DNA of 64,000 bases from Phoronis australis (lineage: Eukaryota > Animalia > Phoronida): assembly GCA_002633005.1 (NCBI GenBank), contig NMRA01000012.1:648487-712486 (forward strand), given 5' to 3'. Within the stretch, counting starts at the first letter, position 1. Each line of letters starts with the position of its first letter. The notes beneath the pieces were generated by a model that saw only the letters and a program-made list of their open reading frames with translations, was not told the origin of the DNA and did no database searches. Shown here piece by piece: positions 1 through 14,139 of the stretch. Both the position numbers and the translations under genes were made by a program.

Positions 1-132
1 ATAACCTCCCTGTGGCCGGTTCGCCCCCACGCTTGCCGACGTACTTGTTTACTGAATAATACCGACTTAACTACCATGCAGCATTCTGACCCATTTCCGA
101 TATGGCGGCGTTGCAACTCCGCTATCAAAAAT
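1..132. repeat. Interspersed repeat fragment; inverted copy at ~44085-44205
   Basis: ATAACCTCCCTGTGGCCGGTTCGCCCCCACGCTTGCCGACGTACTTGTTTAC...TTGCAACTCCGCTAT is the reverse complement of 44085-44205, with some indels. Confidence 0.8.
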
Positions 133-699
133 CGGAAAGAAAGAGCGACATATGACTCTATTTTCCCTTCACAGACAGGGGTTGAAATCCATGACTGTTA
201 AGTTTTACATACTATTAGCTTGCCATCAAAATCTGATGCTCTGGAAAACCTCTGAAAATCTGAACAACTGTTCCCGGACTTTGTTAAAGTAGGTATGATT
301 AAGAGTGCTTTTCAATAGCCTTTAGACAACAAAAATGGGACCCCTAACAAAAACGTCCCAGCCATGAGCTGTACGAGAACAATTCGTAAGTACTTTTACC
401 ATACAATGTATTTTTTCTTGTATGAATAAATAAAGTATTTCTAAGTCATTATTTTAAAAGTTTCCAGTGCGTTTAGGTTGTACATTTGTGAAAAAGAACT
501 CTATATGTATTATTGTCACACGTGTTAAACAATAGGAGGGCGCTGTAAACAACAGTATCAGCCTGCAACCTCAAACGAGAAACCTATTTCTGGTACTTTC
601 GGTTGATGCTACCACGGGTACCAGAAAAAAAATCCTTGGCATTACTGTTAAAACAATTCAGCTCAGTTGATTTCGTCGGCATATAAATATGTTAATCAG

Positions 700-1620
700 A
701 AATTAGAGAAGTGTTCGTGAAGTATATTACAGTGGAATGCTGAAACCCACTGAATATATATCGCTCTCTATCGGACTTTCAGTAGAACTGGGATCCTTTG
801 TTACCTCTAGTGGAGGAAGATGAGTCAGACTGCACCTGATGATGAGAGATTCGACAGTCCTATGCAGTCATTTGTTCATGGTCGTTACCCGAATGTTTGT
901 AAATGGTCATATGCAGAAACGGTCAGAAACGCCGAGGCGAGCCTTCGACAGAAGATTAATAGGAGCTACTCAGACGGGGTGTGCTGCACTCAGCTGGTCA
1001 TCTCGCAAGTGGTTCACAAGGGTAGGTACGAAAGTCTATCACCAGATGAGTGTCGAAGAGGCCCGCTCTCTTGAGGAAAAGAAAAGATCAGCTATATCTA
1101 CCGAGCACGCAAAGCAGTGTACGTGGACTACATGGCATGCGGCGCTATCACGAAAGATTACACCAGCCTCACTATTTGCAGCGGAAAACCTGACAGTATC
1201 GTTTCTCCTGAGAGCTACTTTTGACCTTCTTCCCACTGACTCCTACCAACCTGAAACAATGGGGTATGTCTGACTCGCACCTCTGCAACTGGTGTCACAA
1301 AGAACGTGATGCCCGTGTTCTAAGCAATGGGGCCACAATCAAGTTCTGGATGTCCTGTCAGAATTACTGAATGCTCACGCAATTCATCCGCGAGGCAAAG
1401 CTTCCTCCGCGTGCAAAGAAGCAAGGAAAGCAACTGAAGCTGTTGTGTAGTGCTATGATCGAAAAGTCAGGACCGACCTAGGATCGGCTCTTTGATTCTC
1501 CGACCAGAATACATTGACTAATGAGCATCCCGGTACTGTGATTTGGTCGGACTTTTTGAAAAGATTGCTGTTGATCGAGATGCACATAAAAGAAAGAAAA
1601 CACGAAGGAGCCATTAAGAT
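700..1620 (+). mobile_element. Degenerate 3' part of an RLE-type non-LTR retrotransposon (HERO/NeSL/R2-like)
   Basis: ORF 839-1273 contains 'SFLLRATFDLLPT'. In a shifted frame follow LKQWGMSDSHLCNWC (zinc-knuckle start) and 'PGTVIWSDFLKRLLLIEM' near 1530-1585, resembling the PD..WS..K...IELT restriction-like endonuclease motif. Boundaries approximate. Confidence 0.6.
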
Positions 1621-1654
1621 CGCAATATGAGGGAAGAGTGTGAGCAGCCATGCT

Positions 1655-2446
1655 TTACATTACTCAAATAATGATTGTCAATGTACAACTTCTGCCCTGA
1701 CGGTGCTGTGTCCAAAGCGGAACCTGAATTCGCGGCCCCCGACAAGTAAGTAGATTTGCAGTTTTGTGGATAATTCACCAACATAATCACGTGCACATCG
1801 GCGTACACATTACTTAGACTCACTATTATAGTATTTTCTTGACTGGAAGTTTAGTTTCCGCTGATTTTTGGCTGGTTTATGTTCGTGATGTTTGATCAGT
1901 TTCCGAGCCACTGACCGGGATAACGAGTCAATCCGGCCGGCCGCGACGGGCCTGATCGGACTCCGAGCCACTGGCCAGGATAACAAGCGTTTTGTGTTTA
2001 GAACTAAAAAAATCACAAGTCTAAACAACACAGATCTAGGTTCTCCTGTCTGTATCTCACGGNNNNNNNNNNNNNNNNNNNNNNNNNNNNNNNNNNNNNN
2101 NNNNNNNNNTTTGTAGGCTACGGTGTGTCCAAATACCAATAAATCCGTAAGAGCGAAATAAAACAACACGTTTTTATAAGAACTCGGTGTATTTTTAAGG
2201 GTTTTACATCGAAGTTTGATGATTTATTGGTGTTAAACGATGACTTCAAGCGATAAGCCGACACCAGTAACCCGTGTTGTGAACTGCTGAAAAGACTGCG
2301 TGTGAAACCAATGACGTCATTGGATAATTTCAACACCTCCGTCTGCCGTCAGGTGTCAGGTAACGCAACCGTACGTGTCGTTATGGAGTAGAACTACTCG
2401 ATCGAAATTGATACAAATTAGCTTGTTTTTTGGGTGGCATGCTCCT
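1655..2446 (+). mobile_element. Kolobok-like family 1, 3' partial copy
   Basis: Colinear with 20200-21013. Ends GGGTGGCATGCTCCT followed by TTAA (2447-2450). Contains a 48-N gap. Confidence 0.8.
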
Positions 2447-3456
2447 TTAATTAGTCTTTTTTACCGTCTTAATCGGTCTATATCCACGTCGCCTTGCATA
2501 CGGTCGACCTCACCTTACCGTCGCGTTAACCTGTGAAGAAGGTGAGAAACGACGCAGCGACGTCAGTGGTTCGTCTGCAGAGTGAATGCTGCTATATAGC
2601 GGTGCATCGCTCCCGCTTGTCCAAACTATGAAGCTGCGAAAAAAACCTTGTATGTCGTTTTTACGACTTCCTCGAGAGCCCGAAATGCTTTGGAAGTGGC
2701 TCGCGGTAGTGAAGCATGAAAGGTACGCTGTTCATAGCCAGTATGAGGCCGTGAAACACCTCCGTGTCTGTGGCCGGCATTTCGTCGACTGTGATTTCTC
2801 TGACGAATTCCGGCTTACCAAAGAACTATCCATACGTTCCGTTGCCTGTGCATGTTCACAGCGCCTCTAATATTCCATGCTTAGTGTATTCTGGTTCGAA
2901 CTGATAGCATGTGAAACCTAACGATCCGACCCGTGAAGTCTTCGTCGCCTGAGCTCTTGACTAAGTCGTGATTGGCGCGGGGCGAGTTGCTATGTAGACG
3001 TCTGTTATTCGATTTGCGTTCTGTTTCAAAATGAATTATTCTCATCCTAACCAATGCTTATGTGAAACTGAAACAAAGTCTATCTCATTAGATACAAGTT
3101 GTAATACCTTTGTGTGCTGAGTGCCAATGTTTTGAGAAGCCAGCAATGCCGGCAACAAAGGTAATTGACCGGTCACCGAGGCCGTGTGAGCGCATGCTAA
3201 TTCAGTGTTTGGTGACAGAAAGCTGTTGTGAAACAATTGCTCGATTTTGTGTGCTATGGTCACATGTTAGGGGAATCTTTATTTAGAAATACAAATACTA
3301 ACATCATTCAAATCATTGTTACTGTACAACCTGTGCCCTGACGGTCAGTGGAAGGGAAACCCGACATCACAGCTCCCAAGAAGTAAGTAGATTTTCAGTT
3401 TCGTGGCTAATTCACATAAATAATTACGTTCACATTATTACTTTGGGTCACTATTA

Positions 3457-3717
3457 CGTGCGCGCACCCGGGGGGGGGGAGTGGGAGTGGGGGTTTGGGG
3501 GGGCTCGAAGGAGCCCCCCCATTTGGCGAAGTGGGCACAAAGGTCAGCCACCGAGAGACAAAAAGTCCAAGAAATGCGACAAAAGTCCATTAAATATGAG
3601 TAAACGCGCAATTCCCAGTATTGCTCCCGTTTTTTTTAGGTCACCCTCCTTTCGTTAGCAAAAGGTCCACAAATCGGGAATTCGAGCCCCCCATATTGAA
3701 GGCTGGGTGCGCGCATG
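3457..3717. mobile_element. MITE (C[A/G]TGCGCGCACCC termini, 5-bp TSD TATTA)
   Basis: TIRs CGTGCGCGCACCC / GGGTGCGCGCATG with TATTA on both sides. Absent from the paralogous Kolobok copies at ~1821 and ~20360. Confidence 0.85.
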
Positions 3718-4071
3718 TATTATAGTCTTTTTGTGACTGGAGATTTAGTTTCCAACTCAAGCTGGTTTACTTTCGTGCCAGTCCAGACGGCCGCGACGGG
3801 CCTGATGGGGTTCCGAGCCCGCACTGGCCGCCGGGGATAACGAGTCAGTCCGGCCGCGACGGGCCTCAAGTCAGGGTTCCGAGCCACTGGCCGGGATGAC
3901 AAGTGTTTTGTGTGTTTAGAACTCAAAAATCACAAGTATAACAACACAGATCTAGGTTCTCCTGTCTGTATTTCACGGAAGAATACTTCGAATTTATCTC
4001 CGAACAGACCCCAAACTCCTCAGTGCTTCGGACCTTGGTAAATTGGCCTGCCAAACTTTGTAGGCTACGGT

Positions 4072-6490
4072 AGCATGAACAGGCAGATTGATTGCACAAA
4101 CATCGGAAACGTGGAAGCTGAGAATGGAACACTTCTGGTGACTGATGAAAGCAAAGGAATGGCTTTTTTGGAAAGGTACATTGATCAAACAGATCATAGA
4201 AATTTGGAGCAACGCAAGAGCATAAAAGCGGTACTCACTGAGCTTACTTCGACTGACGAAGTGCCGTTCACTATTACGGTAGAATATCTTTGCAGCAACC
4301 TGAAGACAATGAAAAACACACAGCCCCAAGGCCAGATAGAGTGGACTATGACGCGATCCGAGAACTTGATGATGCAGAACTTGAAGAGCTGGCCTCTTTG
4401 AACCAAGAAAGCTTGGAGAAAGGTGTAATTCCCGAGGATTGGCTACACAGCTTCTTCGCTGTTCTTCCTAAGCCTGGTAGAGACAACACCAAGCTGAATG
4501 GCTATAGAATAATAACAATGCAAAATACAATTGGCAAACTTATGGAGCGCATTGTGGCCAGAGAACTCGCATGGGACCTGGAGAATAGGAAGCTACTTCC
4601 ACAAACTCTAGGAAGCTACAGGACCGGGAAAGTCACATGGGCCAATGTGGCCACTTTTTTCGTATGATGTATATGAAGCATTCCAAAGGAAGGAAGATAC
4701 TCTGGCAGTGGAGATTGACCTCGAGGACGTTTATAATGATGTATCTTACGAGAGGTTGGTGAATCTGCTTTTGGATTGTGAGGTCAACCATTACATCATC
4801 AACTGGATAGCCGCTGCATTGATAGAACGTACAGTGGCACTTAGGTTAGGCTCGTGGCTCTCTGACCCTATGAGACTGAATTCTGGACTTCCACAAGTAT
4901 CATCTTTGTCCCCGGTACTATACAATGTGTATACAGCCAGGCTGGCCGGAATCAATATTGAACACATTTGCAGATGACGCGCTTGTATATGCACATGGGA
5001 CAGACCACATCAGAATGGCCGAAGGCATCAGCACACACCTCAAAGATGTGTCAACATGGTCTGAAGAGACAGGATCAGTGATTAATCCAGCCAAAGCAGC
5101 TGCGATGTGATGCTCTCTAAACAACAGAGTGGTTAACAAAGTAATGCCAGCCGTCGAAATAGAAGGCTCCACGATTAAAAGAACTCACGCGCTCAAATAC
5201 CTGGGCAGAGCCTTGGATCGCACATTGAGCTTCAAGGAGCATGCCGACAGCTTGGTCAAAAGATGTGCAAAAGGACTCTCGGCGCTTAAGACGATGACAA
5301 AAGCTAAAATGGAACAACGAATACTGCTGCTGTTATTTAAGGCTCTTGTGTTGGCTGTCATAGACTATGGCTTTGGGATAACAACTATGTCACAGACCCA
5401 GGTATCCAAAATTGAAAAAATTCAGAATGAAGGCATGAGGGTAGTCTTAGTCTGTACCAAAAACACATCAACTGATGCAATGTTCTTGGATTACCAAGCA
5501 TCACACAGCGACACAGGCATGCTAAGTCAAGGCACTCTTCCGAGTAGCATCTGACAATGACCACCTCCTGCACAAAGAAATAGGAGTAGATAAGGGTAGC
5601 CGACTGAAACTCGGACGATCTTGGATGGCTCAGGCGGAAGATACGGTTGCTTCGGTGTGCAGGACTGGGAGCATAAGGGGAGACAAAGAGTGGATACCTA
5701 TTAGGGACACATTGGCTAATTGCACAAAGGTTGTCATCACACTGGGACGGGAATACCGAGACCGCAGTGGAATAGTTGTGAACACTGAGGTCTGTGTACT
5801 TATTGAAGAGAACAGCAAACCAACGGATGCCATTATCCTCACAGATGGGTCAGTCGTCAGGGGTGTCAAATCAGGCTGGGGATTCACAGCACGCTTGAGA
5901 AGTCGATGTGTTGCAGAGCAAAGTGGTGCATACTTGATGACAACCAGCAGCATGCGGATGGAAGAGCAGGCAGCCACAGCAGCTCTTGGATGGCTCCGCA
6001 CCACCAGCTACACAGGGGCAGTGATTGCTACGGACTCGTAGAGCATGTTAAGCAAAATCAAGAGTGGCTTCATTAAACCAGAATGGAAGGATGCAATAGA
6101 AGGAAGCAAGCGGAAACACCTGGTGTGGTTGTTTACACCTGGACATGCTGGAGTGACGGGGAATGAAAGAGCAGATGACCTGACAGGAAAGGCAGAACTT
6201 TTGGAAGATGTCACTTGGAGCGAGAAGGATGTTTTGATGACACTGAAAGGCCAGGAGATGGAGGCTCCCTCAGAAAGCACCACCCTGGAAAGGCTAACTG
6301 AGCTTCATGTTGTCAGAGGAAGCGGCATCAGAACCACCTTAAGTGGAGAAAGTAGATACCGGATTAACCAACTCAGCATGGGAACCATCAGCAGTGTGAC
6401 ACTTTCTTGGCTGCTGCAGAGAAGTACTGAGCACTTGTGGACCTGTCCAAAGTGCAGTGATGTCTGTCCCTGAGACAATTACAATGACAA
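4072..6490 (+). mobile_element. 5'-truncated I-group (Ingi/I/Nimb-like) LINE with RT and RNase H, frameshifted
   Basis: RT motifs (IPEDW, LPKPG, YRIIT, DLEDVY, GLPQVSSLSPVLY, FADD, KYLG) and RNase H motifs (TDGS, TDS, PGHAGVTGNERADDL). Perfect 13-bp TSD TGTAGGCTACGGT at 4059-4071 and 6491-6503. Short ACAAT(T/G) tail. Confidence 0.9.
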
Positions 6491-9281
6491 TGTAGGCTAC
6501 GGTGCCTCCAAATACCAGTAAATCCGTTACAGCGAAATAGAACAACACGTTTTTATAAGAACACTGTGTAGTTTTAAGGGTTTTACATCGAAGTTTGATC
6601 ATTTATTGGTGTTAAACAATGAATTCAATCGATAAACTGACACCATTAACCCGTGTTGTGAACTGCTGGACAGACTGCATTTGAAACCAATTACGTCATT
6701 GGATAATTTCAACACCTCCATCTGCCGTCTGGTGTCAGGTAACGCAACCGAACGTGCCGTTGTCGAGTAGAACTACTCGATCTAAATTGATTCAAAACAG
6801 GTTGTTTTTGGGTGGCATTCTCCTTTAAGTCACTTTTCATGAAACATGCCTTTGTCTACGTCACAAGATTACCAATTTCTTCCTTCTGATTCCGGTCAAA
6901 CATATCGATTTCACCTCCTTGGCTGTCTGGGCCGTATGTCTTGATGCTTCAGTGTGTAAGAAAGTCTTGTTTTATGACTTTTTGAAATAATCGCTCTCCC
7001 CGTGAATGACAAATCGTTCTCAGTAAATTAACTCCTTTCTACACTTTTCGATCTCTATGTAGCAGTTACTTGATTTCTGATTGGATACTGCCGTGTATGT
7101 TCATTCCCCTTATTGCCTGATGACGACACATGCTGTCTCGAAATATCAGCTAGTGTTTTAGTTTGTTTGTTTGTTGTGTCTCTCGGTGTTTTGCTATGTA
7201 GCTGCACACCTGAAGAAAGGAGAATGTTCCGACACTACGAGGGACTCTGTATCAAGCTTTCAAACAAAAAGTTTAGTCGTGTCTTCAACGAAGTTTGTGT
7301 TAACGAAGGGCTGCCACCGAACTAAGCTGATGGTTTTATAACGATAAAATATCGATACATTTGCCCATAGTACCAAAAGAATATTGTTTCTTTTGGAAAC
7401 CTTTGCTAGGAGTTGTTTGGAGGAAACTCACCAAAGTCGAATAGGCTGTCGAGGGTACGAGCTTTTGATGACAGTGTACAGAGCACATATTTAACGAATA
7501 GGTACTCAAAGTACATCTACTGGCTATCATAAAAAAGATTTTAGTGATTTTTTTGAGTTCGTGTTTAACCCATAAGCCTTAATAGTTATCTCTAAAATAA
7601 ACCAAAATACTCGTTAACACGAAATATTCGAAAGTTTTTTAAGAGGAGTCCCCAAACCCAGTGGGACTCCCAGTCCCATATTCCTCCGGTTGCCCGTCAA
7701 GAATCTATGAGCATGCCTTCGGAATTGTTCATTATGCTCTGTTTTAATAAACAACGTATTTGTTGGTTTTTCATTTGCATGTTTACAACATTATCAATTT
7801 ATTTCAGGTAATATTACAAAGCATTGGAAATATTACATTCTGACAATAGATTCGCGTGTTTTTTCAGATTTTAATATAAAATTTACACAACTTTCTTAAC
7901 CCTGAAGTGCTGCTTCCTATCATTTTCAGAAGTACCGTCAACTACATTTCTGGTAGGAGGTAAGATTTTTTGCGAAGATCGTTAGTATAAGGGACACACC
8001 ATTTTCAACAACATTTAAGTCACAACAAATGCACCCACTTTCGGACCGTACCCGTTGTTTTATCTGCTTCTGACGTTATATTGGATTGAGCACATGTGAA
8101 TTAGGCCAGACATTTCCAATCTTACTCGTAATTGCTGTCAACACAACACAAACAAAGCAAGATTTCTTATAATCCATGTACTACTAATCAGAATTAACGA
8201 ATGCTATGTATGAATTCATGGAAAAAACAAAACCTGGGAACATCCAACATACCAAACCACTCCTAGGTCTTAGCCAATATTGGTTCCTAGCTCACAGGAA
8301 CTAACCAACAAAATATTGAGCACCCACAATTTAAAATTCATTAAGTTTAAATTAAGCACTTACCATTAAAAAGCGTTATTTACCTACTCCTTAAATAATA
8401 AAACACAAAATATACCGTTCACAGACACGAACAGCAGGCAAACAGACAATTAGGTCAGCAAACCAAAAACAACTTAATACACAAATGCGCTGCCTGAGGT
8501 ATTGAACTCCTAACCCTTGATCAGTCATTACATAAACAACATCATGATCGAAGTGCTTTTCTCTCAGCTGCAGGTACTGAAGAATATGAACTTTCCCAGG
8601 AAGAACACTAGATGGCGCGAGGCTGCTCCTTCAAACGGCAACAAAACAGAGTTCCGTCGACGAAACTGTATCGATTTAGACGGCTTACCACAATAAAACT
8701 GCTCTCAAATTGTTTCTTAGTCGGATGGAAAGAACTGGAAATTTGTTATTCCCTTCAAATAAAATGACACGCCATGACAAGTCAACTTGTAGAGTTTAGT
8801 CTCAATCTACAACGAGCCGTGCCAGTACCTTACGGGTCAAGATAAAACCCTTACTCTGACTAAGACACAATTCGAGACCAGTTTCATAGCGGAAAAGGGT
8901 CTAAACCAGGACAACGCATACATGCGTCATTTTTTAATTCGAACTTTTAGGGTTCGCCGAACACTACAAAATCTAAAGCGTTTTGAGTCGCTGATAATCT
9001 TGATGTTCTTGTTGGTTACCGAAATAGAATCCTTTACGGTAAGGAATATTACGAGGCTAGATTTATGAGAGTCGAAGCCTTAATTTTATTTTCGAAATGC
9101 AGCTATAAACCGTCAAAAATTTTTATCAGCCCCTAAATCTGCGAGGTGGTTTGTGCGTGCTTGACTTAACTGGCTGGCTACCAGACGCTCATGTATCGTT
9201 TCATGTCCGTGCAGATTTGAACACATTGGCAGGTTTGAGGGCGTTACAGGCAATTGGTAGACATGGCTTGCATCACGGACT

Positions 9282-10159
9282 TCAACAAAGAGAAGGGATT
9301 TCGTCACTTCCGTCCGGACAAATAGCGATACCATTGCACTTCTGGTACCCATCGACGCAGTGACCAGTGTTACATCTAAACTCGTCTTCTCCGCACGGTA
9401 TCAAGTCGCAAATGTCTTTCCTTTCATCGCTTCCATCTGCGCAGTCTTCTACCAAGTCGCACACTTGCTCTTTTTCCAAGCAACCTCCGTAAGAACATCG
9501 GAACTGACCAGGCGTGCATTTATTGTTATTGCATTGTGTTATTGATTCGTCGCTGCCATCGATACAATGACGATAACCGTCACACGATCTATCTTGTAAA
9601 AGGCATCCGCCATAAGAGCATTGGTACTCAGAAGGCAGACAAGTGTGTTCAGCACAGGTAATATTTGTTTCGTCACTCGAATCACGGCAGTTATATTTAT
9701 TATTGCAAACAAGAGACTGCGGAATGCAAGCTCCGTAACTGCATCTAAATTCTCCATTGCGGCATGTATAGTTGCCGCAATATTTCTCCGTTTCATCACT
9801 CCAATCTCGACATCCTCGCATTCCGTCACACGCAAAACGTTTTTCAATGCATTGACCGCTTTCGCATCGAAATTGGTCTTCACGACATTTTCTAGTGGAA
9901 CAGTTTTGTTCGTCTGTCATGTCTCGACAATGGTTCTGGCCGTCACATACAGAATTCGGGTGAAAGCAGTTACTGCCATCTGAACAAGGTATCCAATCAA
10001 ACAAGCAACCAGTGGGATTGAGCTGTGCAGATGTTGCCGAATCTGTAACGCTTGGCTTAACCGAAGTCTCCTCTGAACGGAATGTAGTTCTTTCGTGAGT
10101 AATTGACATGGTCTTTGTATCAAAATTGGTGAATGCCACTGTCAAGTGCTCCGTACTTT
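9282..10159 (-). CDS. Terminal exon of a host extracellular protein: Ser/Thr-rich linker plus six LDL-receptor class A repeats
   Basis: Uninterrupted ORF with six C-x6-C-x4/5-C-x6-C-x5-C-x-D-x-[ST]DE modules. Canonical acceptor ttttaattacAG at 10160-10161 (minus strand), phase 1. TGA at 9282-9284. Upstream exons not identified. Confidence 0.9.
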
Positions 10160-10383
10160 CTGTAATTAAAAGTCACAAGTGGCATTACTTTTGCTCAAGA
10201 TTATCGCAAACCTTATTTAGTGGCCTCATTCTAACTCGTGTATAAAAACTAAGCTTTGTCAACTAGTAAAAGTATATATTTTCTGAAAGAAAAAAGTTCA
10301 GAGAATATGAAAATATGTTTTGTTTTCATGTACCATTATTATTATTACGATATCACCTTTTTAAGTCAAAAATTCATTTTTAA

Positions 10384-13303
10384 AGATATAGTTTCACACC
10401 AAAAGAACTGCTTTTCAAAACAAAAATAGTAGCACTGTGTGAATCTGTTGCACAGGGCAGTTCTTGTCCGCACAGCTTGGTTAGTGAGAAAAGCCCAGCA
10501 GTAATGACCTTTTCCGACTTCAGCCGAGTCAATTCTGAGACCAGGCATATGTGGTTACATAACTGTCTGTGATGTCAGATCAGGAAGACAGCTGTGTATT
10601 GCAATGGCTACAAACAGTCAACCCTCCACAATTTCGCTTGCTTCATTTGATAATTCCTTTCAACTCCATTTGTTGGCATAATTAAATTGTTTTTCGCCAA
10701 GGAGATGTAAAAACCAGTGTATCACAGATAATCAAGCCTAATACAAAATACTGCAGTTTTCATTTTTTTTCATTTTCAGCAGTGAGTAAAAAGGGAAACG
10801 CATTTTAATTTAACCACGTATATAATTGAAATTTGAGTGGAGGTGGCAATCTCAATGACAGAATTACAAGAACACTTAAAATGGAAGTCTTCTGAACTTG
10901 GTTTTTTAAATTTAAGTGTTGATCTATTGAAATAATAATAAACCCAAGGCATCAAGAAATATTACCTGAAGATGCCAGTGAACATATTATTTCAGCCGTT
11001 CATTACGGCAAGTTAATTCTATCATGCTTTGGTCTTTGAGTCATAGAAATCAAAGAACAAATCAGAGGACGATTATGATTTAATCCACAGTTCAAACTAA
11101 AATCAAGTGCTTTCAGTCGGAATTATATATTTGGTTTCTACAGTGAAAGACTTTCAAGGTAGTTGAAGGTTACCGCTACTGTATATAAGTCACAACAGAA
11201 ATAATCTCAGTACAGTAAAGTTATATGTGAGTCAAAATGATCTAATCTTTTACCAAAATAAGTAATTTAGAATGCACAGTATTTTAGAACATTTAAGCAT
11301 TACAAACGTTATCTAACAACAAGACAATTTTACATGAAAGTGGATATGCCTAACTATTACCATGGCGACCAGGGATTTCCTTACATTAGAATTCGACAAG
11401 CATGAAATGAAAAAATAAGAAGTTGTATGGAAAAGGGATTGGAGGCTGGAAGCTTCACAATCCAACATGGCCTATTGCTCTAATTAAGAGCCTTTACATT
11501 TTGGGCCTTGATAACTTGAATTAAAAAAGCAAAAAGTTGCAACGCATGTATTGAAAGAACGATTCATACGTACAATTTAGAAAAATATGAATTATGTTGT
11601 GACACATAATCAAACCTTGAAGCGCAATTGACTTTCAAAGAAAAAGAAAACGATTTCAAAACTTTTTCAACTGTTTTTAAGCTGAGTGTTTGGTCAACTG
11701 AATGGGATATTCACACTGCAATAATTAGAATAGTCCTTATATTTTTTGCACAAGAACATAAACATTGTGCAAAGTTGCTTTTTTGTACCAGCTTTCATCA
11801 AAATGTATCAAATTTCACCAACTAAAAACTAGCCGATTGAACATGCCCTTCAGTTCAGCAGAAGTCGCCATGTTGTCGGTGCCGCCGAAAATGAGACTAA
11901 GTTCAACGGGAATTGTGAGTATTTTTATCACTCAATAAGTAAAATCTGCTTGGCTGAAATCCAATGAAAAATATTGAATTGCTTAGAATAGTAGGTATAG
12001 ATCTGTCTCACTAAATTTCATCGTAAATTATTGGTGAAAATAAATTATGCACGGTTTTAAACTCGTAACTTATGCCGCTGTTGTTCAAGATGGCCAACCA
12101 GATCCAAACAAATGACCCAAATTTCGCCATCAAAATTGCAATAAATGTGTACTGCTTAACCCGATTTTGATAATTTTTCAATTTTTATTGAGTGGGATGC
12201 ATTATCTTTCCGATTATACTGAAGTATTTTTGCAAATCGAAAAAATCGGTTGGACAGCCCTACTCTTACTGTTCATTTAGTCCAGCTAGCGATCGACAAG
12301 GCTAAAATTCAATGGATTGCAAAAATAGGTAACGAGCACCAAGCTATTCAGCACATCCACCTACAAACACTTACCGGTATGTTGCAAAAACCGTCCCACA
12401 AAAGAAAAGCAATCTACTGGTTACTTCTAGTACTAATCCTGTCTGACAGTGTCCGTCGATGCTATACGCCATTTTGAATGTTAAGCTGTTAATACTAGCT
12501 CAAGGCCCACTAGTTTCTGGAAAGCGACGGCATATACCGTTTAGAATACTCTCTAAAAGTTCACTCATCCTGGTTAACAACCATACCCGATCACAGAAGC
12601 AGTCCATAGAAATATGTTCGCTACATGCTGCCGAATACGGCTACGCTCCAATTGTGGACTTCGCAAAGTATTCTCACTTGCGACACAGTCTTGGATCAGT
12701 GGAAAACTTGTGCAAAGATACCCCAGCCAGCCCTTGGCGTATTGCTACCGCCCCAAATACACAACGGTCAGGCATTCTTCTTCAAATATTTACTCCAGTT
12801 TAAATCTAAAAATCCGTCTACAATTGAAAAAGTACTTCTCTTGGCACATAGCAATGGACACTGTGGACTCAGTCAGGCTGGCTCTGCAATGATCGGGTCA
12901 CGTCCCTACTAACTACTGTAAAATGTTAATGGCAACACACAAGACCATGTGCATACGTGTCACATTTTAGAGAATTAATGGGCAAAAGTTGCATAATAAA
13001 TCGATCTTAACAAACACAAAGATTCCATTTGTCCCAGATAGTCCCAGCCAAGAGTACAAACCTATGGACAGACTCGGCAGTGATCGGGTCAGGAATTCCG
13101 GATGTGACGTGTTTCCAAAGATAGCCGAAGTTTAAAATTTTCTGTTCTCAAAATTCTGTGGGGAAGTGGGAGCGTGTTTTAAACGAATAATAGAAGAATA
13201 TAGGGTATGAAATAAAAAGAAATGTGGTTTATAAGCAAACTTTATTAACAGTCAACACGTGTTTTCATATTAACTACAACTAAATAGCAGTGAACCAATC
13301 TCT
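10384..13303 (-). mobile_element. Kolobok-like family 2 non-autonomous element with THAP remnant
   Basis: TTAA on both sides (10380-83, 13304-07). Imperfect TIRs AGATATAGTTTCACA / TGAACCAATCTCT. Decayed THAP at ~12600-12777 (minus). Inverted paralog at 15910-19125. Confidence 0.8.
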
Positions 13304-14139
13304 TTAAGAAAGGTAAATTCATAGCAAAATAACCCCTCGGTCAATTTTAATGAAACCTTTTTTTTAAATGAAAACGTCACCATTTACCTCAAAAACACTG
13401 TTAGGAATTTTCGATTAGTCGTTTCATTTAATTTCTATGACAAATCAACTCGCAAAACGTAAGGTATTTTCGAAAAAAAAATAGAAGTCGTATTCGTCCT
13501 TGTTACATTACGCAAAAACTGGGCCTTTGTATCGAAAATCCTAACAGCGCTTTTGAGATTGATGAATAAATATTAAGTTTCAAGTTGGAAAGTTTAACCG
13601 GAATCCACAAAGCCGTTTGCGAGAGCTCGTGTTCCTTAATTCAAATAAAGTAGACTTGCCAAAGCCGAGAAAAAGTCGATTAAACTGAGGCGAGTGAAAA
13701 TCTCAGTCTTTGGTTAATTATTCGGTGAAAACTTGTTTTCATTCAATATAACCCGTACACGCCTAAATCATGTTGGCTATTTCAACATTCACTCACAACG
13801 TCAACTGAATTTGCAATGCGTAATTAACTTAATTATCCTTAAACCGTACCGTACCCAGCCACGAGATTGGATCGACTGCTGCTATTTTTTGACCTCCTTA
13901 ATAGTAGGTCTCAGTTCATTGTTACATAGTCTGTACACGTCACGTGCCGGGAGACTGACGCGAAACCAAGTAAGAAATGGATCACTGACAAATCGAGACG
14001 ATGATTAAAGCATGTCGTTAGCATGAGATCGAAACTGCGAAATGTCAATTTAGTTATTAAATTTAGGAATTTGGGTGAGGATCTACCTCTTTTCACAACT
14101 TGCTGTGTTCATGACCACAGACTGACTCTGAGGCGGCCA

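Larger units (their letters stand above)
2451..6824 (+). mobile_element. Kolobok-like family 1 non-autonomous DNA transposon with THAP remnant, interrupted by a MITE and a LINE
   Basis: Colinear with 19335-21013. 3' TIR GGGTGGCATTCTCCT is followed by TTAA (6825-6828). Frameshifted THAP at ~2590-2810: RCIAPACPN...SFLRLPREPEMLWKW...LRVCGRHF. Confidence 0.8.

Noticed and set aside
7186-7330. Possible Penelope ORF N-terminus (FNEVCVNEGLPP)
   Set aside because: Too short, with no RT following; cannot be supported without a search.
8485-8580. tRNA-like sequence on the minus strand (GTTCAATACC B-box-like)
   Set aside because: The A-box and stems are degenerate; no cloverleaf can be supported.
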